Source: Octopus sinensis (taxonomy: Eukaryota). From it: 64,000 nucleotides of DNA. Positions 1-12,015 of this stretch are shown here, in pieces. The position numbers and the translations under genes are program-made. The stretch's first letter is position 1, and each line of letters starts with the position of its first letter. The notes beneath the pieces were generated by a model. The model was not told where the DNA came from, ran no database searches, and saw only the letters and a list, made by a program, of their open reading frames with translations. The DNA lies in the NCBI RefSeq assembly GCF_006345805.1, contig NC_043010.1:27714001-27778000 (forward strand), given 5' to 3'.

Positions 1-866
1 AGAATCTCACCTCTCCAGATTGATTCATTTAATTAACCACATGTCATGTTGGAATAAATATATATATATATGTGTATATATATATATATATATTTATTTA
101 TATATATATATATATATATTTTATAATTATCCACCCCGACTGGCCTCGTGCCGGTGGCACGTAAAAAGCACCATCCGTTCGTGGCTGTTGCCAGCCTCGC
201 CTAGCCCCGTGCCGGTGGCACGTAAAAAGGACCCACTACACTCACGGAGTGGTTGGCGTTAGGAAGGGCATCCAGCTGTAGAAACACTGCCAGATCAGAC
301 TGGGCCTGATGCAGCCTTCTGGCTTCACAGACCCCAGTTGAACCGTCCAACCCATGCTAGCATGGAAAGCGGACACTAAATGATGATGATGATAATGAAA
401 CATAATTATAATTTGGGTTCAGCTAATTATTCACCATATACTGAATTTAGAAATAGGAGTTAAAATTCCTTTTCTACTACTGTAAGAATCTCCATGACGG
501 TAACATACTTTTTTACGAAGCCAAAGAAAAAAAACAATGAATCAACACAACCAGGATTAACTATATATGCGTTTTGAGATTAAAGTGGTTTAAATTTTAC
601 TTACTTCTTTCTTCAGTATAGTAATTCCAATTATAAAATGTGCTAGAGTTAAATATGCACATGATCGAGCGACATCATGTAATAGATATCCAACCAACAC
701 TTCCAAAATTTACAGTGGTGAAGCAATTAGCTGAACCCTAATTATAATAATGTTTATAATTATAAAATATTTGTATAATTTTACCTATAAAGGTTATTTT
801 AACGTACCGATCTACTTGGTGAAATTATTAATTAATTAATAAATTTTACCCTTTTATTATTAATTT

Positions 867-915
<49 letters not shown>

Positions 916-1202
916 ATATAATATATATATATATATCATCATTATATCATTATCATCATCATTTAATGGCCATTTCACATGCTGGCATGGGTTGGATGGA
1001 TTGATAGTATCCAATAAGCTGCAGGGCTGTGCCCCACACCAGGAAAGACACTGAAGCTAAGCAGAGTCCATTAGTTCATTGAATCCTGTCAGATAATCCG
1101 ACTGATATCTGCATGGAAAGCAAACATTAAACAATGAGGGTGATGATGTGCATGTGTTGTACATGACCAGTTCCATTATTTACTTATTTACATATTTTTC
1201 AG

Positions 1203-1319
1203 CTCTATGGCGGAGAAGTAGCTGCAAACCTCCTCACATGCTTTGGCCGACTTTTCACTTCCTTCTTACAAAGAGATGGATTTTCATTGGGAATTAAAGA
1301 TATTCTCATGACAAAACAG
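1203..1319 (+). CDS. POLR1A: RNA polymerase I largest subunit, internal exon 1 of 18 in window (gene starts upstream)
   Basis: ttttcag|...|gtcagt; encodes LYGGEVAANLLTCFGRLFTSFLQRDGFSLGIKDILMTKQ, matching the RPA1 motif LYGG..LTC.RLFT..LQ..GF.LG..DIL; 117 nt, phase 0/0. Confidence 0.9.
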
Positions 1320-2636
1320 GTCAGTTTCCCACCACAGTTTCTTTTTTCTCGGTCCATTTTGTGTCTGCATTATTACATGTCCAGCTGCTTTTATAACCTC
1401 GTTACTGTCCGAAGAAAATTAGATAGGTTTACTTGCCACATTTTCTTTGTATAATTAAAACAGCAAATAAGGATAGGTTGGGTATAGGGCTGGCAGAGTT
1501 TCGGTGACATACATAGATATACTTATATTAGCATTATCATATTAAGGATTGCCACAGGTGTACACAAGTTGCTCCTTTACATTGCTATTTTCCAGAAGCC
1601 CCCCCTCCTCATTTAAATAATATCTTTTTCTTCTGAAACTTCCTTCACAGAACTGCATTCTTTTGATGCTTCCTCTATGATCACTAGAGTGGAGCAAAAA
1701 ATGCAACTTTCAAAATTGGTAACCACGAATCGATATTTTGTTGCGAACTACGGTTTAAAGAAAGTTGTGTAAAGAACTTTGTGATTAAATGTATTTTCAG
1801 GCTCAGCAATGGAATTGAAAATTTTAAAAATTGCTATTTTTGGTCGAATTTTGGATTTCATGGATTATAAGTCATGCTGAATACATATTTCTACACAGCA
1901 GAATGCAGAACAGTCAATATAGTATCCTTAAGAGTTTGCTTACCAAGTTTCAATACAATTGACTAATATCTTGAGGTTCCGCATTGACTATTAAGAGAAC
2001 AGGAGTGTGAATGTGTCTCCAGTGCCGCTGCAACAGTCGTTGCATGTGGACGTACATTGCACATGTGTGAAGTTCACTACTTTGTACCTTGACTTGAGGC
2101 CGTTGTGTTGAAATTAACGATCGTGTTAAATTTAGCGTTGTTTACATTTAGTGATGACTCAAAAGCCAATAACGCATCATGATACTGAATGCCCAATAGT
2201 TGGTACTCCGTGTAATCTAAGCGAACGAGTTTTGCCAACTAACAAGGATGTACTAAAATGTGTTTTATTTGAACGAGTAAAAGAAAAGAATGTGGTTAAG
2301 AAATATCCTTCAATTAAGCATATTGTCAAGATTGTAGCAGAAACGATAATTCTTTGGCAAAATGCATCCATCCCTTGTGTTATGACTGAGTCGGTTAAAC
2401 TGAAAATCTTTAACTTTTATCAAAAGTACCAAGGATTACTAAAATCTGTGAAAAATAGAAAAAATGTGCCATTGTTTCAAACAAAGTGTAATGTGTAGTA
2501 AAGATTGTTTGCCAACATAACATGGCAGTCCTGGTTTAGGACTAATGTTGCTGTAATTTAGTCCCAGTAATGTGCTTAAAAACAATGCAACAAAAGATTT
2601 ATTTGACATTTCCTGTTGCAAGTGCAACTCCTTTAA

Positions 2637-3721
2637 CCCTTTCGTTACCAAACCGCCCAAAGCCGCCCGAAAAAAATTTTGGTTAATGTGACCAAACCGC
2701 CCAAAGCCGCCCGAATTTACCTATTCATATTTAAATGAGAATATCAGAGCAAATCTCTTCAGTACATTCGTGAAAACACGTATTATACTTCGTAAACAGT
2801 TCAACTACAGTTTTGTACAATAATCGAAGTGTAATTTTAATTCCGTGAATTTTGGGAGATTTTTTTCCGAAATTTGTTCCTATTGTGTTTTCAAAATTTG
2901 TAATTCTGACAAAAAATGGATACGAATTTCATTATATCAAGCAGCGAGTCAGAATTCGAAGGATTTTCTACTGAAGACCTTCATAAATCTAACTCTATGA
3001 CTGAAAAAAAAAAGCACGTGGTATTTGATAATGAATCTGATGTTTTGTTTTCCGAAAGTGAAAACAGTGAATCCGAGAGCTCCGACAGCGATAAAGAAAA
3101 TGAATTGGCACCTGAATGGAGTGAAAATTTAAAAACTGTTTCTTTCGGTGATTTTTCTGAAGAAACTGGACCAAGCCACAGACTTTCCCAGAAGAGTAAA
3201 GCCTTAGACTATTTCTATTTACTTTTTCGAATGAGCCTATTTGAAATCATTACGGCGAAAACGAACAGTTACGCTAAACGTAAACAAAGCGAGAGAAACG
3301 ATAGTTTGTGGTTTCCCACAACCTTAAATGAAATTAAGACTATTTTGCCGTAAATATTATTATGGGTATCAGAAAGTTACCCAGAATAACAAATTCTATC
3401 GTAAAATTTTGTTGTATACCCAATTGAATATTAGCTAATAACCCATTTTCTATAGCGATGTTTGAACAAAATTTTAATAATTTTATATTTTGTGGAATTT
3501 ACCTGTATCTACCTGCAATTAGAGTCACTTTGTGACAAAAATTATAGTATAGAATTGGTTGAGAATATTTCATTAAATTATCTTCCAAAATCAGATTAAT
3601 ATATCGATAAATAAAAAAGTTATAGTTGTTTAATGAAACCAGACTAAATTTATGATTACGTTAGAAATTAATTGAAACACATAAGGGGTGTAATTTGGTC
3701 AGAAATATAGTAACGAAAGGG
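2637..3721 (+). mobile_element. Internally deleted piggyBac element
   Basis: TTAA|CCCTTTCGTTAC ... GTAACGAAAGGG|TTAA; ORF 2916-3353 has an acidic N-terminus and LDYFYLLF..TNSYA..WFPTTLNEIK typical of PGBD transposases; catalytic DDD region is absent. Confidence 0.9.
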
Positions 3722-3819
3722 TTAAAAACTGGAATTATTTTGAACTTGAAATGTTAATTATTTTTATCACCAAAATGTGTCAAGAATCAAAAATTGGTTT
3801 ACACATAATTTTATTTTAA

Positions 3820-4039
3820 CCCTTTCCTTGCTGTATTTCTGTTGAGATGCTCTCTGTTTCTTTCAATTGCTTTAAATATAACAAAGAATTTAGTAAAATA
3901 ACTTAGTTATCATTCAGCCAGTGTTAGGAACATAAATTGTGACTAAGGTTTGGTGGAAGATTTTAATTCAAAACAGATGAAATCAAGACATTTGTACTCA
4001 GAGCCAGAAGTGGTTTCAGTCAGGTTAGTAATGAAACGG
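3820..4039 (-). mobile_element. piggyBac-type MITE (family A)
   Basis: Flanked by TTAA; reverse-complement homolog of 8028-8239; degenerate CCCTTTC TIR. Confidence 0.8.
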
Positions 4040-5022
4040 TTAATGTAACATATATGTCCGGTGACTTAGTTTTAAAAATAATAAAGAAAACAAAGTCAAA
4101 GTCTATTTATTTCACATAATTTCAAAATTTCAAGTTCGTTGCGGAGCCTGAAGATATAAATTTTAGAGCTTCAGATTTTAACACAGTTGTTTTTAAAGGA
4201 TTCTTCAAAAGAAAATCAATTCATAACAATGAAAGTAAAAAATAAAATGAGGAACAGCAAATGTGTTATAAATTGATTTTTTTGCCCATTATTCAAAATT
4301 TCATGTGGGCTGCAGAGCCTGGAAAAGTAAATTTAAGACCTTCAGATTTTAACACGGTTGTTTTTAAAGGATTTCGCAATAAAATATATATTCTTGACTA
4401 CATATTTCAAAAATTTGTGTAAAAAAGTATCTTTTTTGCTCCTCTCTCTCTATAAAGTACCTTTTTTTGCTCATATCTCCCCTATAAATATTCACCTACC
4501 ATATATCCTTGAAGAACATTGAACCTTACAAAGCCCCTCTTCCTCCACTGCCACCCCAATCCATTCAATCTCTGACACTTGATATAAAAGAGAAGAAAAA
4601 CAAGCCACTACACTACATTTGCTTATTCAGTTACTGTCTGGTGTTTGTTTCCTGAATAACTTCCTATAGAAAGTGGCTGTAACTTAGATATAACTTTCAC
4701 TTCAATTGAAAAACCCTTCAGTAAAAAATATATTGAATGAGCTGATAATTAGTAAATGTCATCATCATCATAATTCTGGTGCTGGTGTCATAAAAAGCAT
4801 CTTGTACACTCTGTAAAGCAGTTGGTGTTAGAAAGGGCATCCAGCCATAGAAACTGTGCCAAAACAGACAATTTGAACCTGCTGCAGCCCTTGGTCTTAC
4901 CGGCTTTGGTCAAACCATCCAATCCATGCCAGCATGGGAAATAGAGATTAAATGATGATGATAATGTGTGTGTATGTATTTATATGTGTCATCTCACGAA
5001 CATTGCTTATTGACTTTTTTAG

Positions 5023-5222
5023 GCTGATCAGGAACGCAAGAAATTTATTGATTACATCAAAAGCTACGATATTGATAGATCAAGAGAAGAACTGCAAGTA
5101 GTGGTTGGTGAAAGCACCAAGTCTGTTTCTGAAATTGTCTTTGGAAACAATCCGATGCTTGTTGCAGAATTGGACAAGAAGGTGAAGAAAATAACCAACG
5201 AGGTGCAGAACAACTTATTGCG
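5023..5222 (+). CDS. POLR1A: POLR1A exon 2 (funnel region)
   Basis: ttttttag|GCT..CG|gtaaat; ADQERKKFIDY...LVAELDKKVKKITNEVQNNLL; open frame continuous with neighbouring exons. Confidence 0.85.
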
Positions 5223-5338
5223 GTAAATCTTTCCTTTCATTGCAGAATGTTAGGATAAAATTTGTATAAAGCTGTAAGAAATTGTACTTAACTGTTCTCT
5301 CTAATTCTTAACTCTTTCTAAATTCCTTCTCACTTCAG

Positions 5339-5423
5339 AGCCATTATGCCATCTGGTCTGCTTGTCAAATTCCCTGACAATAATCTTCAGTTGATGGTCA
5401 ACGCCGGTGCAAAAGGATCTTCG
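5339..5423 (+). CDS. POLR1A: POLR1A exon 3
   Basis: cttcag|...|gtaagt; (R)AIMPSGLLVKFPDNNLQLMVNAGAKGSS, contains the conserved FP.NN.Q.M...GAKGS motif. Confidence 0.93.
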
Positions 5424-5496
5424 GTAAGTGTCAAATAATGATTGTCACAAAATTGTTAAACCTATATTTCTCTTTTTGACTCTGAAGCTGTTCCCA

Positions 5497-5715
5497 ACAT
5501 TTAGCATTCATTTTATTCTATCAACTGTATTGTTTATTTCACATTGTTTTGAATTGATCATCCATTATTTCATAGCTTTGAGATTTTGTTGATGCAACTG
5601 TTTATCCTTAGAATAACATTGTAGCGTAGGGATGAGAGGCTGGATCTGACCTATTTGCATATGAAACTGATAGGATATTTGGACCAGATATAGCCAGTTT
5701 AAATGTTAAAGGGTT
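5497..5715. mobile_element. piggyBac-type MITE (family B); shorter inverted copy at 22924-23096
   Basis: Ends in aatgttaaagggtta; internal atagctttgagattt and gagaggctggatctgacc are reverse-complement matches to 22924-23096, which is flanked by TTAA. Confidence 0.6.
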
Positions 5716-5869
5716 ACATCGATTTTTTTTCCTTCTAATACGTCTTTCACAGAACTGCAGCCTTGTGTGTGTCTTGTAAGTTCATTTAATGATTCACTGC
5801 ATTCCCATCTATCACCATCTGCCACTTTCCTTTCACATTCTCAGACCTAACCATCCAATGAAGTTTGGA

Positions 5870-6300
5870 CCACCTGAAGAGATATGCTTTATACTTGGAT
5901 TGCAAGAGAATGGTGTCCAGTAGAGTACAACATAGTCAGAATCTTCTATTTTCTGTATCCCAAAACACCAAGAATCTTTGACTTCCTTTCACCGTTCTGT
6001 TAAAACACTGTGAACCATCAAATCTACTTCATCTTTGAGTCAAGTATCATGATGATCTTGCTGAAGATTTCAAGCATCAAGCTCCTCATCATATTTTCCA
6101 TAGCATGAAAATAGGGTGCACAGATGAAATTCATAATGCAGCCTTCATTGACAGACCGATAGATATAAATGGCCAAGGACATCAAAAGTATCCCCACCCC
6201 ACTCCTAACCATATTGAGGTCAATAATTTAGCAACAGAAATTATGGAAGATACATCATATGTTGTCAACATTTTGACTGCATATGCTAATGGCAAATTCA
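5870..6300 (+). pseudogene. Degenerate Helitron Rep-helicase linker fragment
   Basis: LLKHCEPSN..DDLAEDFKHQA then CTDEIHNAAFID..NNLATEIMEDTSY, which aligns with ISNEIYNKTLID..NSLPTAVIRETTY of the Helitron at 15688-16215; stops and frameshifts present. Confidence 0.7.
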
Positions 6301-7580
6301 TTGTGGGAGGCATGGGTTTTTCTATGGTGATAACAATGGAAACATCATTATAGTAAATTGTAGCGTAAAGCAATACATTCTGCTCCTGATCTTAATATTT
6401 GAAGTTATACTCAAAGAAATTTGACCTCCTGCTTAAATTGGGAAAAACAGTTGATAATCAATTTGTAGCTCATGTACATAATTAGAGAAAGAGAGAAATA
6501 AAAAGCCGAAACTCCAGGTAACAAAGCTTTTCAATAATGAATAGGAAGAAGTAGGGCATAATGGATTTAAACAAGATTCGGCATTGTGGTGGCAGCTGAG
6601 AATATCTGATGATAACCACATTCAAAAGAGAGAGTAGAAGGAGATGGTGGACTTATAGACACACATACACACAGCCTCTTTCCATTGGTTATTTCATCAT
6701 GGTGAACCTTTAATCTCTGTACATTTTTTTCTTCATTTTTTTTTCATTCTCTCTCCGTTTTTTCCATTTAACCGTTTCTGTTGAAGAGCTTAAGCTTGAA
6801 ACGTAAAAGAATTCTCCATTCTTCCCAAGCATTAAACTAATACACCAGTTTGTTATTCCTACACCTGTTCCCGTCTTTCATTTTCTGTAAATTTGAATTA
6901 TATATATATATATGTATGTATGTGTGTGTGTACTGGGCTTACAAAAGAATAAGTCCCGGGGTTGAGTTGCTCGATTAAAGGTGGTGCTCCAGCATGGCTG
7001 CAGTCAAATGACTGAAACAAGTAAAAGAGAGAGAGAGTAAAGAGTATATATATAGGGAAAATTCACAAAAAAAGACAAAGACTGATGGTTTAGAGAGCAA
7101 ACAGATGTATTAGTTTAACGTTTGGGAAGTGAAAAAGCCTATAATGTTTTGAGCCTACGTTTTTCCACAGAAAGAAACAGGAAGAGAAAATAAAGATATA
7201 TATACTTATATATATGTTTGTGTGTCTGTGTTTGTCCTTGCAACATTGCCTGACAAGTGATGCTGGTGTGTATATGTCCCCGTAACTTGGCAGTTCAGCA
7301 AAAAGACTGATAGAATAAGTACTAGGCTTACAAAGAATAAGTCCTGGGGTTGGTTTGCTCGACTAAAGGCGGTGTTCCAGCATGGCCACTGTCGAATAAC
7401 TGAAACAAATAAAAGAACAAAAGAAATATATATATATATATACATGCACACAGTTTGTATATATATTTAGTTTGTATTCCTGGTTGTGCTTATTTCAATT
7501 TGCTTACGCCGTTAACTCCTATGGTACCTACTATTCCATTTGCTTTCCTCTCTTATCTTAATATAATTTCATCTTTTCAG

Positions 7581-7781
7581 GTGAACGCTATGCAAATGTC
7601 CTGTCTTCTGGGCCAGATTGAATTGGAAGGACGAAGACCACCAATGATGCCAAGTGGACGTTTCTTGCCATCATTTCTACAGTATGACATTTCTCCCAAG
7701 GCTGGTGGCTTCATTACTGGCCGTTTCACAACAGGAATTTCACCTCAGGAATACTTTGTCCATTGTATGGCCGGCAGAGAG
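7581..7781 (+). CDS. POLR1A: POLR1A exon 4
   Basis: tttcag|...|gtgagt; [21 protein letters not shown]...[25 protein letters not shown], Pol I-type [10 protein letters not shown] motif. Confidence 0.96.
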
Positions 7782-8027
7782 GTGAGTGTAAAAGAGCCAG
7801 TGTAATCACTAATGTAATCATCATCATCAAACGTCTGTTTTCCATGCTGCCATGGGTTGGACAGGCTGACGGATGCTGGCAAGCTGGAGAGCTGCACCAG
7901 ACTCCAGTCTGATTTGGCATGGCTTCTCCATCTAGATGCCCTTCCTAATGCCAACCACCTTATAAGAGTGTCCTTGGTGCTTTTTACATCATAAATTAGC
8001 AAGGATTAAAAAAAGGAAAATGCTTAA

Positions 8028-8239
8028 CCCTTTCGTTACCAACCCAGCTGAAACCACCTCTGGCTCTGGGTACAAATGTCTTGTTTTCAAAAGTCCTGAA
8101 TTAAAATCTTCCACCAAACCTTAGTCGTAATTTATGTTCCTAACACTAGTTTAATGATAACTAAGTTATTTTACTAAATTCTTTGTTATTGAAGTAATTG
8201 AACACAGAGCATCTCAAAATAAATACAGTAACGAAAGGG
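8028..8239 (+). mobile_element. piggyBac-type MITE (family A)
   Basis: TTAA|CCCTTTCGTTAC ... GTAACGAAAGGG|TTAA, same TIR as the 2637-3721 element; a partial copy lies near 62430-62570. Confidence 0.88.
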
Positions 8240-8338
8240 TTAAATAAATTTGACTTTTCTTTGTAAATTGTAATTTCTCTTCGTGTGTGTGTGTTACTTC
8301 TGTCAAGCCATGTGTTCCTTCCATTTTCTCTTCCTTAG

Positions 8339-8467
8339 GGTCTCATTGACACCACTGTAAAAACCAGTCATTCGGGATACCTTCAACGTTGCTTAGTTAA
8401 GCATTTAGAGAGCCTCATCGTTAATTATGACCTCACAGTCAGAGACAGTGACGGCAGTGTTATTCAG
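8339..8467 (+). CDS. POLR1A: POLR1A exon 5 (bridge helix)
   Basis: ccttag|...|gtaaga; [43 protein letters not shown], equivalent to the Pol I bridge helix GL.DTAVKTSRSGYLQRC. Confidence 0.96.
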
Positions 8468-9710
8468 GTAAGACTCATTCTATTCTCTGTCTGTTTCACT
8501 CTTGTAGAATTTCTTCTGGGGTAGAGATGGGTGGGAAAAATGTTCAGAAATTAATTTTTATATCTAGTACCCATCTTTCTAGTATTAGATGTTTGTTAGG
8601 TAAGAGCTTGAGCATTGCAGAATGGTTTACTCCCTAATCTTGAGGTTCTGGGTTATATCACATCACATGGCCCTTTCAGCAAGCATTTTCAACTATTGCT
8701 ACTTTGAGTCAACCCAAGCCTGGGAAGAAATTAGGTGGGTAGGAGGCTTGTGGAAATATTTTGCTGCAGATATTGAATCTCTTAACCCATATTTGCCCAT
8801 AAAAAAATGAAGTCTTAAAATTCCACTGTATTTAAATTAAACTTCGAAGTTTCAGCCACCTAAACCATTATTGGAGGATAATGGCTTAGCTGTCTGAAAT
8901 TTCAAAGTCACTGTGTGTTTTCCCAGTTTGCAGGAAAATGGCTAAAAATTTGCCCTGTTTATAATTATACCATATGTTACATATTTATTATATCATACTT
9001 TGATACTGTTTGGACTAAGATCCCCATTGACAAGCTGCTGGTGTTTATAGAGTGTTAAACACTTGGTATGCAAATTAGGGACACTTTCATAGAGTAACTG
9101 CTGCATTTGCTGGGTATATAAACAGTTTGGCTGCTTGTCTCTTTGGAGATTGTGAAAGTGATGTGTACGCCAATAATGAGAACCCAATATGGTTCGAAAA
9201 TCGATGAAGGTTGTTCATCATTTTTTAAGTCTGCAGAGAAATGGCTAAAATTTGCCCTGTTTACAATTATATCATAGGTTACGTATTCTTTTACTTGTTT
9301 CAGTCATTTGACTGTGACCATGCTGGAGCACCGCCTTTAGTCGAGCAAATTGACCCCAGAGCCTATTCTTTGTAAGCCTAGTACTTATTCTATCGATCTC
9401 TTTTGCCAAACCCTCTAAAGATACGGGGACATAAACACACCAGCATCGGTTGTCAAGCGATGTTGGGGGGGGGGACAAACACAGACACACAAACATATAC
9501 ACACACATATATATATATACATATATGATGGGCTTCTTCCAGTTTCTTTCTACCAAATCCACTCACAAGGATTTGGTCGGCCCGAGGCTATAGTAGAAGA
9601 CACTTGCCCAAGGTGACACGCAGTGGGACTAAACCCATGACCATGTGGTTGGTAAGCAAGCTCCTTACCACACAGCTACTCCCCTGATGCCCTTCGTTAT
9701 GCCAACCACT

Positions 9711-9755
<45 letters not shown>

Positions 9756-10069
9756 TGTGCACACGCATGCACACACACACACATTGAGAGAAAGGGCTGC
9801 TGTTTTACACAAGCACACTAACTGTATATACATCAGCTTGTTTTGCACAAACATTAATGACATAAAAACTGACTGACACAACCACATTATACATAGACTA
9901 ATTGCTTTACCCTAACGCACTCTCAGTCTAGACCTGATGTATTTGCAAATATGGCAAGAAGTGTTCATTATTGATTCTGAGGCCAACAATGCAAGAAATT
10001 CTAATGTTATCAACCCTGCCTGACATATTTGTTTAGACCTGGTATCTGATTTGATCTCACTTTCTTCAG

Positions 10070-10228
10070 TTTTATTATGGTGAAGACAGCCTGGATGTAA
10101 CCAAGACTCAGTTTATTAATGAGAATCACTTCCCAATGTTGATCAAGAACCGTGCTTCCATCTTAAACCAAAAGATGCCTCTTAAAGAAGCTGACAGCAA
10201 CTTCAACTGTCGTCAGATACAAAACAAA
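10070..10228 (+). CDS. POLR1A: POLR1A exon 6
   Basis: cttcag|...|gtaaga; FYYGEDSLDVTKTQF...QIQNK (F.YGEDGLD..KTQF motif). Confidence 0.92.
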
Positions 10229-11354
10229 GTAAGATTTATTTTTTGTGTTTGGATTTGTTTTATTATGTTTGATTTTTTTTTATTCTGAATGTGCTTGCAG
10301 CATTTATCAGGTCCAGTCATCATCATCATCATACGTCTGTTTTCCATGCTGGCATGGGTTGGACAGTTTGACTGAGGTCTGGAGAGCCAGCGGCTGCACC
10401 AGGTTCCAGTTTGATCTGGCAATGTTTCTACAGCTGGATGCCCTTCGTAATGCCAACTACTCCAAGAGTGTAGTGGGTGCTTTTTACGTGCCACTGGCAC
10501 AGGAACCAGTCAGGTTGGCCTGGCATCAATCATGTTCAGAGAGTGCTTTTTATGTGCCACCAGCATGGGGGCCAGTCAGTGGGTACTGTCATCAGCCACG
10601 TTCAGTTGGTGCTTTTTATGTACCAGCATAATAATGCTGTAAAAAAAACCAATATGTTCTGTAAAGTAGTTGGCTTTAAGAAGGGGTTCTGGCTGTAGAA
10701 ACTCTCCCAAAGCAGGCATCAGAGTGTGACAGTCCTTTGGTTTATTGGAAACAGTGACACTGTCTAATTCATGCCTGCATGGAAAATGGATGTTAAACAA
10801 TAATGATGATATGAGTGCAGGCATGGTTTTGTAGCCACGAAGGTTGCTTCCAAACCACTTGGCTTCACGTTCTGTCCCTCTTCATGGCACTTTGAGCTAG
10901 TGTCTTCTACTACAGCTCCAACCTGACCAAAGCCTTGTGAGTGGATTTGGTACTCAGAAACTGAAAGAAGCCTCTTTGTGTGTGTGTGTGTGTGTATTGA
11001 CATGCATGGAAGTTTGTAATGTTTATTTCTCTACACCTTTTTCCTGACACTTTTAGGGCAACAGAAATGTTGTGTACATGTGCAAACACTTTATCTTACA
11101 GTTTGGCAATTTCAACATTTAATTGCTTGTGGAATGAAAAAGAATTCACATTGTTTGGAAAATGTGTTGGCAACAGGAAGGGTACCCCATCTTAGAATAC
11201 TACCTCATCAAGTCTTGTTCAACCCATGACAGCAAGGAAAAGAACAAACAAGTGTAAAAGCAATGATAATAGCATGCTTTAAATATCCTCCCGCCATTTC
11301 TCATCTGTCATTGTTGTTATGTTAAAAATATTTATTGTTGTTCTTTTTCTTCAG

Positions 11355-11548
11355 ATTTATAAATCCAGGCAAGAGTCTGGCTCCGTCCCAAAGTATTCGG
11401 CTGACAGAAGTGCATTCTTGAGATTCTGCAAGAAAAAACAGGAAGACCTTGAAGTGCCAGACAACATTTCTTGTATGACTGGACGTTCTTTGAAAAGCAC
11501 CTACCTGTGCAGTCTGTGGCACAACATGAGTGAGAAACGGCGCCAAAA
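11355..11548 (+). CDS. POLR1A: POLR1A exon 7
   Basis: cttcag|...|gtaagt; IYKSRQ...RSAFLRFC...GRS...LCSLWHNMSEKRRQ; phase 2 end matches the next exon. Confidence 0.85.
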
Positions 11549-12015
11549 GTAAGTAGATGCTATCACTGGCCCCATGCACTCACTAAGTACAAAATAGCAA
11601 CATCAGCACCAAGCAGTGATGAAGAATAAATGAACTTTGGGTTAGTCAAATTGTGTTTGTGAGATATTTTAACTTCTGAAGGCAGATTTACTGCAGTGGA
11701 GAAAAAATTCTCCTTTATGGTAAAAGGTACACTATTTGCCCAGTGCTTCCCTCTAGCAGATTCACAGACAAGCATTTCTGGTTCTTTAGCCTTTCCTCAC
11801 TGGGAAATACCAAAGTGATAACACTGGGCAAATTCAAAGCCATACCTTTTAACTAAAACACAGCCCACATTGGTGACTCAGTTGCGCTATTGGACCTCCA
11901 GATAAAAATAGCAGCACCAGTGCCAAGCAGCAAGGAAGGGTTTTTACACCTTTTATCATAAAAGAGAATTTTCTTTCTCCATAGTAACTGAAGTAAATTT
12001 GCCTTCAGAATTTTA

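Larger units (their letters stand above)
1685..4452 (+). mobile_element. hAT-superfamily (hATm-like) DNA transposon remnant carrying nested insertions
   Basis: Termini TAGAGTGGAGCAAAAAA / TTTTTTGCTCCTCTCT(CTC)TA with ~150-bp imperfect subterminal inverted repeats; transposase N-terminus 2151-2630 (CPIVG..LPTNKDV..WQNASIP..LFDISCCKC). Subfamily assignment is from memory of these motifs; no clear TSD. Confidence 0.6.

Noticed and set aside
7455-7805. Calling the gene POLR2A or POLR3A
   Set aside because: [35 protein letters not shown], the acidic jaw insertion and the absence of a CTD all indicate Pol I.
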